The notes under the pieces: model-generated | What the model was told of the DNA's origin: nothing | Databases searched by the model: none | Seen by the model: only the letters and a program-made list of their open reading frames with translations | Shown here: positions 31,432 through 38,878 of the stretch, in pieces | How the letters are laid out: each line of letters begins with the position of its first letter | Numbering within the stretch: position 1 is the stretch's first letter | Position numbers and translations under genes: made by a program | DNA from: Planctomycetota bacterium | Lineage (GTDB): Bacteria; Planctomycetota; MHYJ01; WSZJ01 | DNA length: 64,000 nucleotides | Assembly (NCBI GenBank): GCA_038060895.1 | Contig: JBBTCT010000022.1 | Coordinates: forward strand, 160,001-224,000 | Direction of reading: 5' to 3'

Positions 31432-34400
31432 GTGGCCAAGGAGTCGTTCTTCCACCGGTTCTCCGCGCCTTCGGGCGATCCGTTGGCCACGGAACACGAA
31501 GCGGTAGCCCTGTACGTCACGCAAGCGCTTGCCAGCCTGGGGAAGGAATCCTACTGGAAGGACCTGGACCTCAAGGCCATTCCCGCCGGCCAGGTCATTC
31601 TCGCGGCAAAACCGGAGCAGGCGCGCCGCTTTCTCCTTGCGGCCGTGGCACAGTCGGTGCACTGGGAACGCGAAATTGAGCAGGTCCGCGCCCAGGCCAA
31701 GAACGTTCACGAACAGATGAACGCTCATCACCTGCCCGGCTGGCTCGAAGCCTACGGACCTCAGCGGCAGACCATGCAGGTAGCGCAGGCGTTGCTGCGC
31801 CGTTCCCTGCCGCTGAAGAAGGACGACATTCGCTCGCTCCTCGCGTGGTGCATCTCCGGCAAGGACGGAATCAGCTTCATGCTCCCGATTGGATTCGTCA
31901 CGCGCGCGATCGAGCGCTACATCGCCGAAGAGAGCCTGGACCAGGAGATTCGCGCGCAATTGGAGGACTTCGGGAAGCGTCTCCGCGCTTCGCACGACAA
32001 GGATTCGAAGCGCTTCGCGACGGCGGTCGAGCAAATGTGTGCGGGCGAAGGCTCATTGGCGGAGACGCCCGTTCCCACGACCCGCACTCCGGCGCCGCGC
32101 CCTTCGCAGGCCGGAAATCCAACGATTCTCGTCGCGCTGAAGCAGAAGCTGGGAGTTGCCGGGACCACTCCTGAAGTCCCCCACAGCGAAACGGGGGCCG
32201 ATCGCTTTTCACTGCGCGCGGACTCGCCCTTAGGACCCGAACACGAAAAGCTCAACGCCGTGATGACCGAGGTCGTTGGCACGACGAACTACTACAGCCC
32301 GGATTTCAGGAAGCTCGCGTCAGGACGCGCCGTGCTCGACACCAGTCGACCCGAACGCGGCCGGATGCTCTTGGCTGGAGCCGAGCGTCGCATCGGCGTC
32401 CTCCTTGCTCCGGCGGCCGCGTTGAACGAGCCTGCCGTCTGGCAATCGCGCTATGCGGCCGCCGCCACAGTTTCTGCCCTGCGGCACTCTCCCGTGGACC
32501 TCGATCGCGCGCAGCTGTTCGATTTTCTTCTCTACCTGTCCGCGCTTCAGGGACGCGAGATTCTGAACTGGGCGGAAGACTTCCCACGATTCCTGACGCA
32601 GTTGGAGAGCGAGTCGGCGAGGGATCCGCTGACCGAGGGCGAAAGATACGTGCTCTTCCTCTGGCGTGCATGCCTCATGTCGGGGCCCCCGCTCGGGACG
32701 TCGTCTCAGGAAATTGCGAAGCTCACGGCCCTCATTGGCGATGGCGCGATGTTCTTTCTCGTTCCGGGCGAAGCCTGGAGCGACGCTTTGAACACCTCGC
32801 TGACGGAATTGCCGGCGCGTGGACGCGCCGCATGGAAGGATCTCCTCGTGCACGCTTTGACGGCCACCGCGTCCAGACCTTCCGAAAAGTGGTTGAAGAC
32901 GGGGCGAAAGCTGATCGAAGGGGTCGGAGCCGAAACTGCGCGCGACTTTCTCTCAGCCTGGCTCGCACTCGTCCAGAAGGGCCAGACTATCAGGAAGCCG
33001 GGCGCGGGAGACGTCATCCACGAAGAGAACGCGACCTGCCTGCGCGGCTTGCTGTGGCTTGTCCCGCTTCTTCTTCGCCGGGACGACCTGGCGCGGACTG
33101 TCTCCTCCGTCGCGCTTTCCGCATATCGAAAGATCCCGGGCGTCGGTCCCCGCGCAGTAAAAGTGGGAAACGCCGCTGTTTACGCCCTTTCCGAGCTCGG
33201 CTCGACGGACGCCGTCGGGCAGCTCGCCATGCTAAAGGTGCGTGTGAAGTTCGGAACCGCACAAAAGGAGATCGAGAAAGCCTTCGATGCTTCGGCACAA
33301 GCGCTCGGCTTGCCACGTGATCAGATTGAAGAAATGGGAGTTCCGTCCTACGGGCTTGAAGAAGTGGGGCGGCTCAAGGAATCGATCGGGCAGTACCAGG
33401 CCGAGCTCCTGGTGACGGGGAGCGACGCCGAGCTGAAGTGGTCGGACGCAGCTGGAAAGGCGCTCAAATCAGTGCCCGCTGCATTGAAGAAAGAGCACGG
33501 GGAAGAGTTAAAGGAACTTCAGCAGTCGCTGAAAGACATCCAGGCAATGCTGCCGGCTCAGCGCGACCGGATCGACGCTCTCTTTCTCTCGCAGAAATCA
33601 TGGCCGCTCGGGGCATGGCGCGAACGCTATCTGGACCACCCGCTGGTCGGCTCGATCTCGCGGCGCCTCATCTGGTGCGTCGACGGCGCGCCCGCACTGT
33701 TCCTGGACGGAACTGCATCCGATGTTCACGGGAAGTCATTCCGCGCTTCGGAAGGGGCGACGATCACCCTTTGGCACCCCGTCGGCCGGAGTGTCGTCGA
33801 GATAACGTCCTGGAGGCGCCGCCTCGAGTCGCTCGGAGTCACTCAGCCCTTCAAGCAGGCCCATCGCGAGATCTACCTGCTGACCGACGCGGAGCTGCGC
33901 ACGAGGACCTATTCCAATCGCTTCGCGGCCCACATCCTCCGGCAGCACCAGTTCAACGCTCTCTGTGCGGCTCGCGGCTGGAAGAACAAGCTGCGCCTCA
34001 TGGTGGACGACACTTACCCACCTGCGACTCGCGACCTGCCCCAGTGGGGGTTGCGAGTGGAGTTCTGGATCGAAGGCGTCGGCACCGAGTACGGCGGGGA
34101 CACGAACGAGTCCGGGGTCTACCTGCGCGTCGCCACGGATCAAGTGCGCTTCTACCGCAGAGAAACCGCCGAGAGCCGCGCCCATGCTGGCGGCGGCGGC
34201 TATGCAGCGAACGCCGGCGGGCCGGCGCACGGCAATGACATCGAACCACTGACTCTCGACCTCATTCCGCCGCTGGTCTTTTCAGAGAGCATGCGCGATG
34301 TTGACTTGTTTGTCGGCGTCGGCTCCGTCGGAAACGACCCCACCTGGCAGGATGGCGGTCCTCAGGGTGCCTTCCGCGCCTACTGGCAGAGTTACTCGTT

Positions 34401-34746
34401 TGGCGAGCTCTCCGCGAGCGCGGCGACGCGGCGGGAGGTGCTTCAGCGTCTCGTCCCGCGCCTCAAGATCGCCGACCGATGCTCCTTCGCGGACCGCTTC
34501 CTCATCGTGCGTGGTGAGAAGCGCACGTACAAAATCCACCTGGGCTCGGGAAACATCCTGATGGAACCGAATGACCAGTACCTCTGCATTGTTCCGGACC
34601 AGCGAGCTCGCTCGGCCGAAGAGAGCCTGTACCTCCCATTCGAGGGTGATTCCGTGCTCTCCATCATCATTAGCAAGGCGCTCCTTCTCGCCGCTGACTC
34701 GAAGATCAAGGATCCCACGATCGTGACGCAGATCGAGAAGGTCTGA
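31432..34746 (+). CDS. DUF4132 domain protein
   Basis: YLDHPLVG...RRLIW, ITLWHPV, QPFKQAHRE, FSESMRDVDLFV, YKIHLGSGN. Confidence 0.88.
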   Translation: MAKESFFHRFSAPSGDPLATEHEAVALYVTQALASLGKESYWKDLDLKAIPAGQVILAAKPEQARRFLLAAVAQSVHWEREIEQVRAQAKNVHEQMNAHHLPGWLEAYGPQRQTMQVAQALLRRSLPLKKDDIRSLLAWCISGKDGISFMLPIGFVTRAIERYIAEESLDQEIRAQLEDFGKRLRASHDKDSKRFATAVEQMCAGEGSLAETPVPTTRTPAPRPSQAGNPTILVALKQKLGVAGTTPEVPHSETGADRFSLRADSPLGPEHEKLNAVMTEVVGTTNYYSPDFRKLASGRAVLDTSRPERGRMLLAGAERRIGVLLAPAAALNEPAVWQSRYAAAATVSALRHSPVDLDRAQLFDFLLYLSALQGREILNWAEDFPRFLTQLESESARDPLTEGERYVLFLWRACLMSGPPLGTSSQEIAKLTALIGDGAMFFLVPGEAWSDALNTSLTELPARGRAAWKDLLVHALTATASRPSEKWLKTGRKLIEGVGAETARDFLSAWLALVQKGQTIRKPGAGDVIHEENATCLRGLLWLVPLLLRRDDLARTVSSVALSAYRKIPGVGPRAVKVGNAAVYALSELGSTDAVGQLAMLKVRVKFGTAQKEIEKAFDASAQALGLPRDQIEEMGVPSYGLEEVGRLKESIGQYQAELLVTGSDAELKWSDAAGKALKSVPAALKKEHGEELKELQQSLKDIQAMLPAQRDRIDALFLSQKSWPLGAWRERYLDHPLVGSISRRLIWCVDGAPALFLDGTASDVHGKSFRASEGATITLWHPVGRSVVEITSWRRRLESLGVTQPFKQAHREIYLLTDAELRTRTYSNRFAAHILRQHQFNALCAARGWKNKLRLMVDDTYPPATRDLPQWGLRVEFWIEGVGTEYGGDTNESGVYLRVATDQVRFYRRETAESRAHAGGGGYAANAGGPAHGNDIEPLTLDLIPPLVFSESMRDVDLFVGVGSVGNDPTWQDGGPQGAFRAYWQSYSFGELSASAATRREVLQRLVPRLKIADRCSFADRFLIVRGEKRTYKIHLGSGNILMEPNDQYLCIVPDQRARSAEESLYLPFEGDSVLSIIISKALLLAADSKIKDPTIVTQIEKV

Positions 34747-35134
34747 GAGGCCCCGGACCCTGCGCGCTTAAGGCAGTCTCGGAATCTCGCCGTGCCGGAC
34801 GGAAGTAACTGCATCGGATAACCGAGCCCAGACCGGCGAGTTCTTCGTTGCTTGAAAAGGGCTCCCCGATCAGAACTCGAACTGATTGCGCGAGCATTTC
34901 GCGATGATGGCGCTTCATGCATCGAAGCTGTCAAGGCGCCGCGTCCACGGGACAGGGCCTACTCGTGCGCTCAGCGGAAAGTTCGGATTTCATCCAGACT
35001 GGTGACCAGACTGGATACGAATACGAACTATGGCCGAGATGGCGAAGGGCCTCCAGTTCAGCTAACTGAAGCCAGCGGCGGAAGTTGCATCAATTTCTGC
35101 CTGCGACAGCTGATAGTTCGTATTTCATCCAAAG

Positions 35135-35207
35135 TGCCCCCCGCAGGATTCGAACCTGCACAAGACCGGTTTTGAATCGGTCGCCTCTGCCGTTGGGCTA
35201 CGAGGGC
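35135..35207 (-). tRNA. trnL: tRNA-Leu(CAA), short variable loop
   Basis: Loop TTCAAAA; T-loop TTCGAAT; G7:G66 mismatch. Confidence 0.82.
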
Positions 35208-35219
35208 CTGCGAATCAAA

Positions 35220-35290
35220 AGCTCCCGATGGGAATCGAACCCACACCCTCCTGCTTACGAGGCAGGTGCTCTCCTTTGAGCTACAAGAGC
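35220..35290 (-). tRNA. trnT: tRNA-Thr(CGT)
   Basis: CCTGC-CTCGTAA-GCAGG. Confidence 0.85.
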
Positions 35291-35293
35291 GGA

Positions 35294-35364
35294 TGCGCTC
35301 GTCAGGACTCGAACCTGCATCGGCCGGTTATCGACCGGCTGCTCTACCGCTGAGCTACGGGCGC
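35294..35364 (-). tRNA. trnI: tRNA-Ile(GAT), C33
   Basis: GCCGG-TCGATAA-CCGGC. Confidence 0.85.
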
Positions 35365-35367
35365 GCA

Positions 35368-35438
35368 AGCCTCTCGAGGGGGACGATCCCTCTTCTCCTG
35401 CCTGGGAAGCAGGCGTTCCACCGTTAAACCAGAGAGGC
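35368..35438 (-). tRNA. trnG: tRNA-Gly(CCC), aberrant T-loop
   Basis: CCTGC-TTCCCAG-GCAGG; T-loop ATCGTCC; U73. Confidence 0.75.
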
Positions 35439-35442
35439 GAAG

Positions 35443-35514
35443 TGCTCTCGGCAGGAATCGAACCTGCGGTCTTCAGCATGTCGGGCTGCCGCTCTTCCGC
35501 TGAGCTACGAGAGC
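35443..35514 (-). tRNA. trnV: tRNA-Val(GAC), C33
   Basis: CAGC-CCGACAT-GCTG. Confidence 0.85.
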
Positions 35515-35581
35515 CGTTCGACTCGCTTCGCTCGCTCACGGCGGAGCAGACGAGTTCGGTCGAATCGCGGGCAAAACCAGA

Positions 35582-35652
35582 TGGTCCCAGGAGGAGTTGA
35601 ACCTCCGTCGCCGGTATGTGAGACCGGCATTCTCCCGTTGAACTACGGGACC
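35582..35652 (-). tRNA. trnV: tRNA-Val(CAC)
   Basis: CCGGT-CTCACAT-ACCGG. Confidence 0.87.
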
Positions 35653-35654
35653 GA

Positions 35655-35727
35655 TGCTCGGGGGAGGATTCGAACCTCCACTGACCAGCTTCTGAGACTG
35701 GTGCCTCTGCCGTTGGGCTACGCGAGC
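35655..35727 (-). tRNA. trnL: tRNA-Leu(CAG), short variable loop
   Basis: CCAGT-CTCAGAA-GCTGG. Confidence 0.83.
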
Positions 35728-35856
35728 GTTGTGGTTGTCGCTGGGGACGACTGGATGTGGGCGGCCGTGCGGCGGAGGCGAAGGGTGCCCCGGCGCGCGC
35801 CTGGTTCATCAGCACTCTTGCGCCCGCAGCCTCCGACGCCGGGCGCCCACGTCCAG

Positions 35857-35932
35857 TCGGGATGGCTGGATTTGAACCAGCGATCTCCTCGTCCCGAACG
35901 AGGCGTGTTGAGCCAGGCTTCACTACATCCCG
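35857..35932 (-). tRNA. trnP: tRNA-Pro(CGG)
   Basis: C1:G72, CCTCG-TTCGGGA-CGAGG. Confidence 0.9.
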
Positions 35933-35934
35933 GA

Positions 35935-36006
35935 AGCGACTGGTGGGACTCGAACCCACGTCGACCACCATGGCAAGGTGGCGCTCAGCCTCTGAGCCAC
36001 AGCCGC
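35935..36006 (-). tRNA. trnG: tRNA-Gly(GCC)
   Basis: CCACC-TTGCCAT-GGTGG, U73. Confidence 0.9.
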
Positions 36007-36020
36007 GTTTTGATTCAAGA

Positions 36021-36093
36021 AGCCCTCGGCGGGGATCGAACCCGCATCAGCTTGTTTGGAAGACAGGCGCCTTCGCCGTTCGGCCACGAGAGC
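36021..36093 (-). tRNA. trnG: tRNA-Gly(TCC)
   Basis: Loop CTTCCAA, U73. Confidence 0.85.
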
Positions 36094-36107
36094 GGAATTG
36101 TTGTAAG

Positions 36108-36185
36108 TGGGCCCTCGACGGGAGTCGAACCCGTCGTCTCCCTTCCTCATACGGAAGGGTGTCTCGCCGCTCGACTACGAGGACC
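36108..36185 (-). tRNA. Non-canonical tRNA-like RNA with enlarged anticodon arm (possible His(ATG))
   Basis: GGTCCTCG/CGAGGGCC 8-bp acceptor, normal T-arm ACGGG-TTCGACT-CCCGT, anticodon arm CCCTTCC-GTATGA-GGAAGGG. Confidence 0.65.
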
Positions 36186-36189
36186 GTTA

Positions 36190-36273
36190 TGGGTGCGGCA
36201 GGAGTTGAACCTGCTGAGCCCGCGAGGGCTGCTGGGTTACGGCCAGCTCAGTTTTCCGATTCCGTACACACCC
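36190..36273 (-). tRNA. trnY: tRNA-Tyr(GTA), C33, long variable arm
   Basis: GCTGG-CCGTAAC-CCAGC. Confidence 0.87.
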
Positions 36274-36394
36274 TGAGTTCGCGCGACGGGTCGGCGAGTC
36301 GCGCAATTGACGGTGGGCGCTTCGACTCGTGTCCGGGCGCTTCGCGCCCGGCACTCGCTCAGGGCATTCGCCTCGCCAGAGCCACCGTTCGCGG

Positions 36395-36457
36395 TCGGCT
36401 CCGCCATGAGCGAGCCCCCGTGAGAGGCGCGGTGCGCCTCTCACGGTGCGAGTCGAA
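36395..36457. repeat. REP-like element (TTCGACTC...CTCGCTCA family), copy 1
   Basis: tcggctccgccatgagcgagcccccgtgagaggcgcg...gcgagtcgaa; near-identical copy at 37276-37339. Confidence 0.75.
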
Positions 36458-36529
36458 TGGAAGCGGCAGGGTTCGCACCTGCGTCGGCTCGTTTAGGAAA
36501 CGAGGGCCTGTCTACTCGGCCACACTTCC
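36458..36529 (-). tRNA. trnR: tRNA-Arg(CCT), G55 T-loop
   Basis: CTCGT-TTCCTAA-ACGAG; T-loop TGCGAAC. Confidence 0.8.
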
Positions 36530-36531
36530 GA

Positions 36532-36602
36532 TGGGGACGGAGGGAGTTGAACCCGCATCACGAGGTTCGTAGTCTCGTGTCCTTCCGTTGGACGACGTCC
36601 CC
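36532..36602 (-). tRNA. trnR: tRNA-Arg(ACG)
   Basis: Loop CTACGAA. Confidence 0.82.
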
Positions 36603-36608
36603 GACTCA

Positions 36609-36681
36609 TGGTGAAGGGTGGGATCGAACCACCACATCCTGGTCTTCAGCCAGGCGCTCAGACCCTCTGAGCTACTTCACC
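36609..36681 (-). tRNA. trnF: tRNA-Phe(GAA)
   Basis: CCTGG-CTGAAGA-CCAGG. Confidence 0.9.
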
Positions 36682-36686
36682 GCAAA

Positions 36687-36757
36687 TAGGCGCGGCGGGA
36701 ATCGAACCCGCTCTTTCAGGTTGAAGGCCTGGGTGCCTGCCATTAGCTGACGCGCCC
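36687..36757 (-). tRNA. trnE: tRNA-Glu(TTC), C33
   Basis: CAGG-CCTTCAA-CCTG. Confidence 0.78.
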
Positions 36758-36768
36758 GCACGATTGGA

Positions 36769-36841
36769 TGGGAGCGGAGGGATTCGAACCCTTCCTCGTC
36801 CGGGTTAAAAATCCGGTGCTCAGCCACTGAGCGACGCGCCC
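36769..36841 (-). tRNA. trnK: tRNA-Lys(TTT)
   Basis: Loop TTTTTAA. Confidence 0.83.
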
Positions 36842-36849
36842 TTGCGCAA

Positions 36850-36921
36850 TAGAGTCGGTGGGACTTGAACCCACATAGGCCTGCTTAAGAGGCAGGAGCT
36901 CGGCCGTTGAGCGACGACTCT
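36850..36921 (-). tRNA. trnK: tRNA-Lys(CTT)
   Basis: CCTGC-CTCTTAA-GCAGG. Confidence 0.88.
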
Positions 36922-36925
36922 GTAA

Positions 36926-36998
36926 TAGGGATGGAGGGATTCGAACCCTCGTCTCCAGGCTGAGAACCTGGCCGCCTTGGCCACTGGCCGACATCCCC
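36926..36998 (-). tRNA. trnE: tRNA-Glu(CTC)
   Basis: CCAGG-TTCTCAG-CCTGG. Confidence 0.85.
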
Positions 36999-37009
36999 GG
37001 GCGTAGAAA

Positions 37010-37080
37010 CAGGGGGGGCTGGATTCGAACCAGCAGAACGAGTGTCAGAGGCTCGGGGGTTACCGTTACCCGACCCCCCT
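37010..37080 (-). tRNA. trnQ: tRNA-Gln(CTG)
   Basis: Loop CTCTGAC, G73. Confidence 0.82.
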
Positions 37081-37087
37081 CTTTTGA

Positions 37088-37158
37088 CAGAGGCGGAAGG
37101 AATCGCACCCTCATCACCGGACTTGGAAACCGGAGTCCTGCTGTTGGACGACGCCTCT
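37088..37158 (-). tRNA. trnW: tRNA-Trp(CCA), G55 T-loop
   Basis: Loop TTCCAAG, A1:U72, G73; T-loop TGCGATT. Confidence 0.82.
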
Positions 37159-37163
37159 ACGAA

Positions 37164-37235
37164 TGGAAGTGGTGGGAATCGAACCCACAGTCTCCTGCTT
37201 GCGGAGCAGGCGCCTTCCCGTTGGGCTACACCCCC
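37164..37235 (-). tRNA. trnA: tRNA-Ala(CGC), C33
   Basis: G3:U70; CCTGC-TCCGCAA-GCAGG. Confidence 0.87.
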
Positions 37236-37275
37236 GAATGCAAGTCCTTCAACTGGTCAAAGCCTCCGTCCCGTC

Positions 37276-37339
37276 TCGGCTCCGCCATGAGCGAGCCCCC
37301 GTGAGAGGCGCGAAGCGCCTCACATGGGGGCGAGTCGAA
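37276..37339. repeat. REP-like element, copy 2
   Basis: Near-identical to 36395-36457; also abuts a tRNA 3' end. Confidence 0.75.
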
Positions 37340-37411
37340 TGGAAGCGGCGGGAATCGAACCCGCATGGGCCTGTCTGCCGGACAGGTGCCTTCCCGTTAG
37401 GCAACGCCCCC
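37340..37411 (-). tRNA. trnA: tRNA-Ala(GGC), C33
   Basis: G3:U70; CCTGT-CCGGCAG-ACAGG. Confidence 0.87.
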
Positions 37412-37433
37412 GACGTTTTCGTCGTTTTCCATT

Positions 37434-37550
37434 CCCGTGCGCGAGGATGTCGTGCGGCGCAGCGAGGAGGTGCGTCGGGCCCGCGCCGGCCATTTGGCGC
37501 GGAGTCCGGCGCGCTTCCTCGCGAAGCCGCACGACATCCTCGCGCACGGG
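37434..37550. repeat. Long hairpin at the 3' end of tRNA-Ser(GCT)
   Basis: cccgtgcgcgaggatgtcgtgcggc...gccgcacgacatcctcgcgcacggg. Confidence 0.85.
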
Positions 37551-37638
37551 GAGTGGGGTTTTCTACCCCCGGGGGCCGCCTTGAGGGCGGCCCGCCTCGT
37601 TAGCAATGAGGTGCTTTAAGCCGCTCAGCCACCTCCCC
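37547..37638 (-). tRNA. trnS: tRNA-Ser(GCT), degenerate T-arm
   Basis: Loop TTGCTAA, long variable arm, T-loop lacks TTC. Confidence 0.7.
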
Positions 37639-37666
37639 GGATTTGCGCGATGGGATCGCGCATTGA

Positions 37667-37755
37667 AGGAAGGTGAAGGATTCGAACCTTCGTCCCCCTC
37701 GCGGGGGCTCCTGTTTTCGAGACAGGCGCGATAAGCCGGACTCTGCCAACCTTCC
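37667..37755 (-). tRNA. trnS: tRNA-Ser(CGA)
   Basis: CCTGT-CTCGAAA-ACAGG, long variable arm. Confidence 0.9.
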
Positions 37756-37760
37756 GTGGA

Positions 37761-37833
37761 CAGGGGCACCAGGATTCGAACCTGGATCAACCTCCTTAAC
37801 AGGGAGGTGACTTACCGGTTAGCCCACACCCCT
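37761..37833 (-). tRNA. trnN: tRNA-Asn(GTT)
   Basis: CCTCC-CTGTTAA-GGAGG, G73. Confidence 0.87.
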
Positions 37834-37853
37834 AACTTGCACGGGCCTTTCCG

Positions 37854-37954
37854 CTCGTGCCGCGTGCGGCGGAGCGAATCTGGACGCCGCGCCCGCGCCG
37901 GACTTTCGGCGCGGCGTGCGGCGTCCGGATTCGCGGAGCCGCATGCGGCACGAG
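37854..37954. repeat. Long hairpin at the 3' end of tRNA-Asp
   Basis: ctcgtgccgcgtgcggc..gcgaatctggacgccgc / gcggcgtccggattcgc..gccgcatgcggcacgag. Confidence 0.85.
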
Positions 37955-38024
37955 GGCGACGGGATTTGAACCCGTGATCTCCGCCGTGACAGGGCGGTGT
38001 CTTGAGCCTCTGGACGACGCCCCC
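37951..38024 (-). tRNA. trnD: tRNA-Asp(GTC)
   Basis: CCGCC-CTGTCAC-GGCGG, G73. Confidence 0.92.
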
Positions 38025-38028
38025 AGAA

Positions 38029-38100
38029 TCGCGCCTGCAGGAATCGAACCTGCCTGCTCCTGGTTCCAGGCCAGGCGCGCAGCCACTGCGCCAAGACGCG
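38029..38100 (-). tRNA. trnP: tRNA-Pro(TGG), C33, A37
   Basis: C1:G72, A73; CCTGG-CCTGGAA-CCAGG. Confidence 0.85.
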
Positions 38101-38129
38101 AGGAATTGCTTTTTTGCCGGGCCGTTCCA

Positions 38130-38217
38130 TTTGCGGAGGGGTGGGAGTCGAAGGAACGCGGAGTCGCGCGGCCGTTCGTGCGACTCCGCGTTCCTTCGAC
38201 TCCCACCCCTCCGCAAA
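38130..38217. repeat. Long near-perfect hairpin at the 3' end of tRNA-Cys
   Basis: tttgcggaggggtgggagtcgaaggaacgcggagtcgc...gcgactccgcgttccttcgactcccacccctccgcaaa. Confidence 0.9.
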
Positions 38218-38290
38218 GCGCGGAAGTGGATTCGAACCACTGCGCACCGGTTTTGCGGACCGAGCCGTTGAGCCACTCCGGCATCCGCGC
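38217..38290 (-). tRNA. trnC: tRNA-Cys(GCA), C33
   Basis: CGGT-CCGCAAA-ACCG, U73. Confidence 0.85.
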
Positions 38291-38296
38291 GCTTGA

Positions 38297-38367
38297 TAGC
38301 GGGAAGGGGAATCGCACCCCTGTGTGCGGCTTATGAGACCGCCGATCAGCTACTGATCCATCCCGCA
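38297..38367 (-). tRNA. trnM: tRNA-Met(CAT), initiator-like (unpaired 1:72), G55 T-loop
   Basis: GCGGT-CTCATAA-GCCGC; T1:T72. Confidence 0.78.
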
Positions 38368-38455
38368 GGGATTTGAGGTGGGAGGTTGTTGATTTGCGAG
38401 GCGAGACGAACGGCCGCCTCGCCTCGCACATCAACAACCTCCCACCTCAAATCCC
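38368..38455. repeat. Long hairpin abutting the 5' end of tRNA-Met
   Basis: gggatttgaggtgggaggttgttgat...atcaacaacctcccacctcaaatccc. Confidence 0.9.
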
Positions 38456-38567
38456 CGGTACGGCAATGACCGCACGAACAGGGGAGAAAAGAACCGGCCC
38501 GGGCGCGTCGCCGTGAGGGGGGGAGGGGCGGACGTCGGGGGAGGGCCATTGTTGCCCGGGCCGGGGA

Positions 38568-38640
38568 TGTGTCCGGCAGGAGTCGCACCTGCAACCTCCA
38601 GATTCGGAGACTGGGGCTCTTCTGGTTGAGCTACAGACAC
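38568..38640 (-). tRNA. trnR: tRNA-Arg(CCG), A37, G55 T-loop
   Basis: Loop CTCCGAA; T-loop TGCGACT. Confidence 0.82.
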
Positions 38641-38667
38641 AGGGAAGAAGGGTCGTTTTGCCGTTCG

Positions 38668-38793
38668 CCAATTCGCGCTTCGGGATGATGAAGCGACGGG
38701 GTCGGGGCGAGCGGCCACACTTGAAGGCAAGCTGACCAGAGATTGTGAGCGAGCTCCGACTCCGTCGCTTCATCATCCCGAGGCGCGAATTGG
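38668..38793. repeat. Long hairpin (41-bp stem) at the 3' end of tRNA-Gln(TTG)
   Basis: ccaattcgcgcttcgggatgatgaagcgacggggtcggggc...gctccgactccgtcgcttcatcatcccgaggcgcgaattgg. Confidence 0.9.
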
Positions 38794-38860
38794 GGCGGCA
38801 CGACTCGAACGTGCACGGCGAGGTTCAAGGGCTCGCGGCCTACCTTTAGCTGACGCCCCA
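38790..38860 (-). tRNA. trnQ: tRNA-Gln(TTG), C33
   Basis: U1:A72, TGGGG start; loop CCTTGAA. Confidence 0.82.
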
Positions 38861-38878
38861 GAAGTTTCGTTGCCGTCC

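Larger units (their letters stand above)
22103..35134. mobile_element. Accessory island between two tRNA-Leu genes (no integrase seen)
   Basis: Visibly lower GC and weaker codon bias, defence/repair cargo, gene fragments, 14-bp inverted repeat near both ends. Confidence 0.6.

Noticed and set aside
35020-35124. Integron attC site (GAAC...GTTC inverted ends)
   Set aside because: The interior does not form the attC stem, no integron integrase is present, and there is no repeated cassette pattern
22103-35134. Prophage or intact ICE/Tn7
   Set aside because: No integrase, transposase, conjugation or virion genes, and no clear target-site duplication
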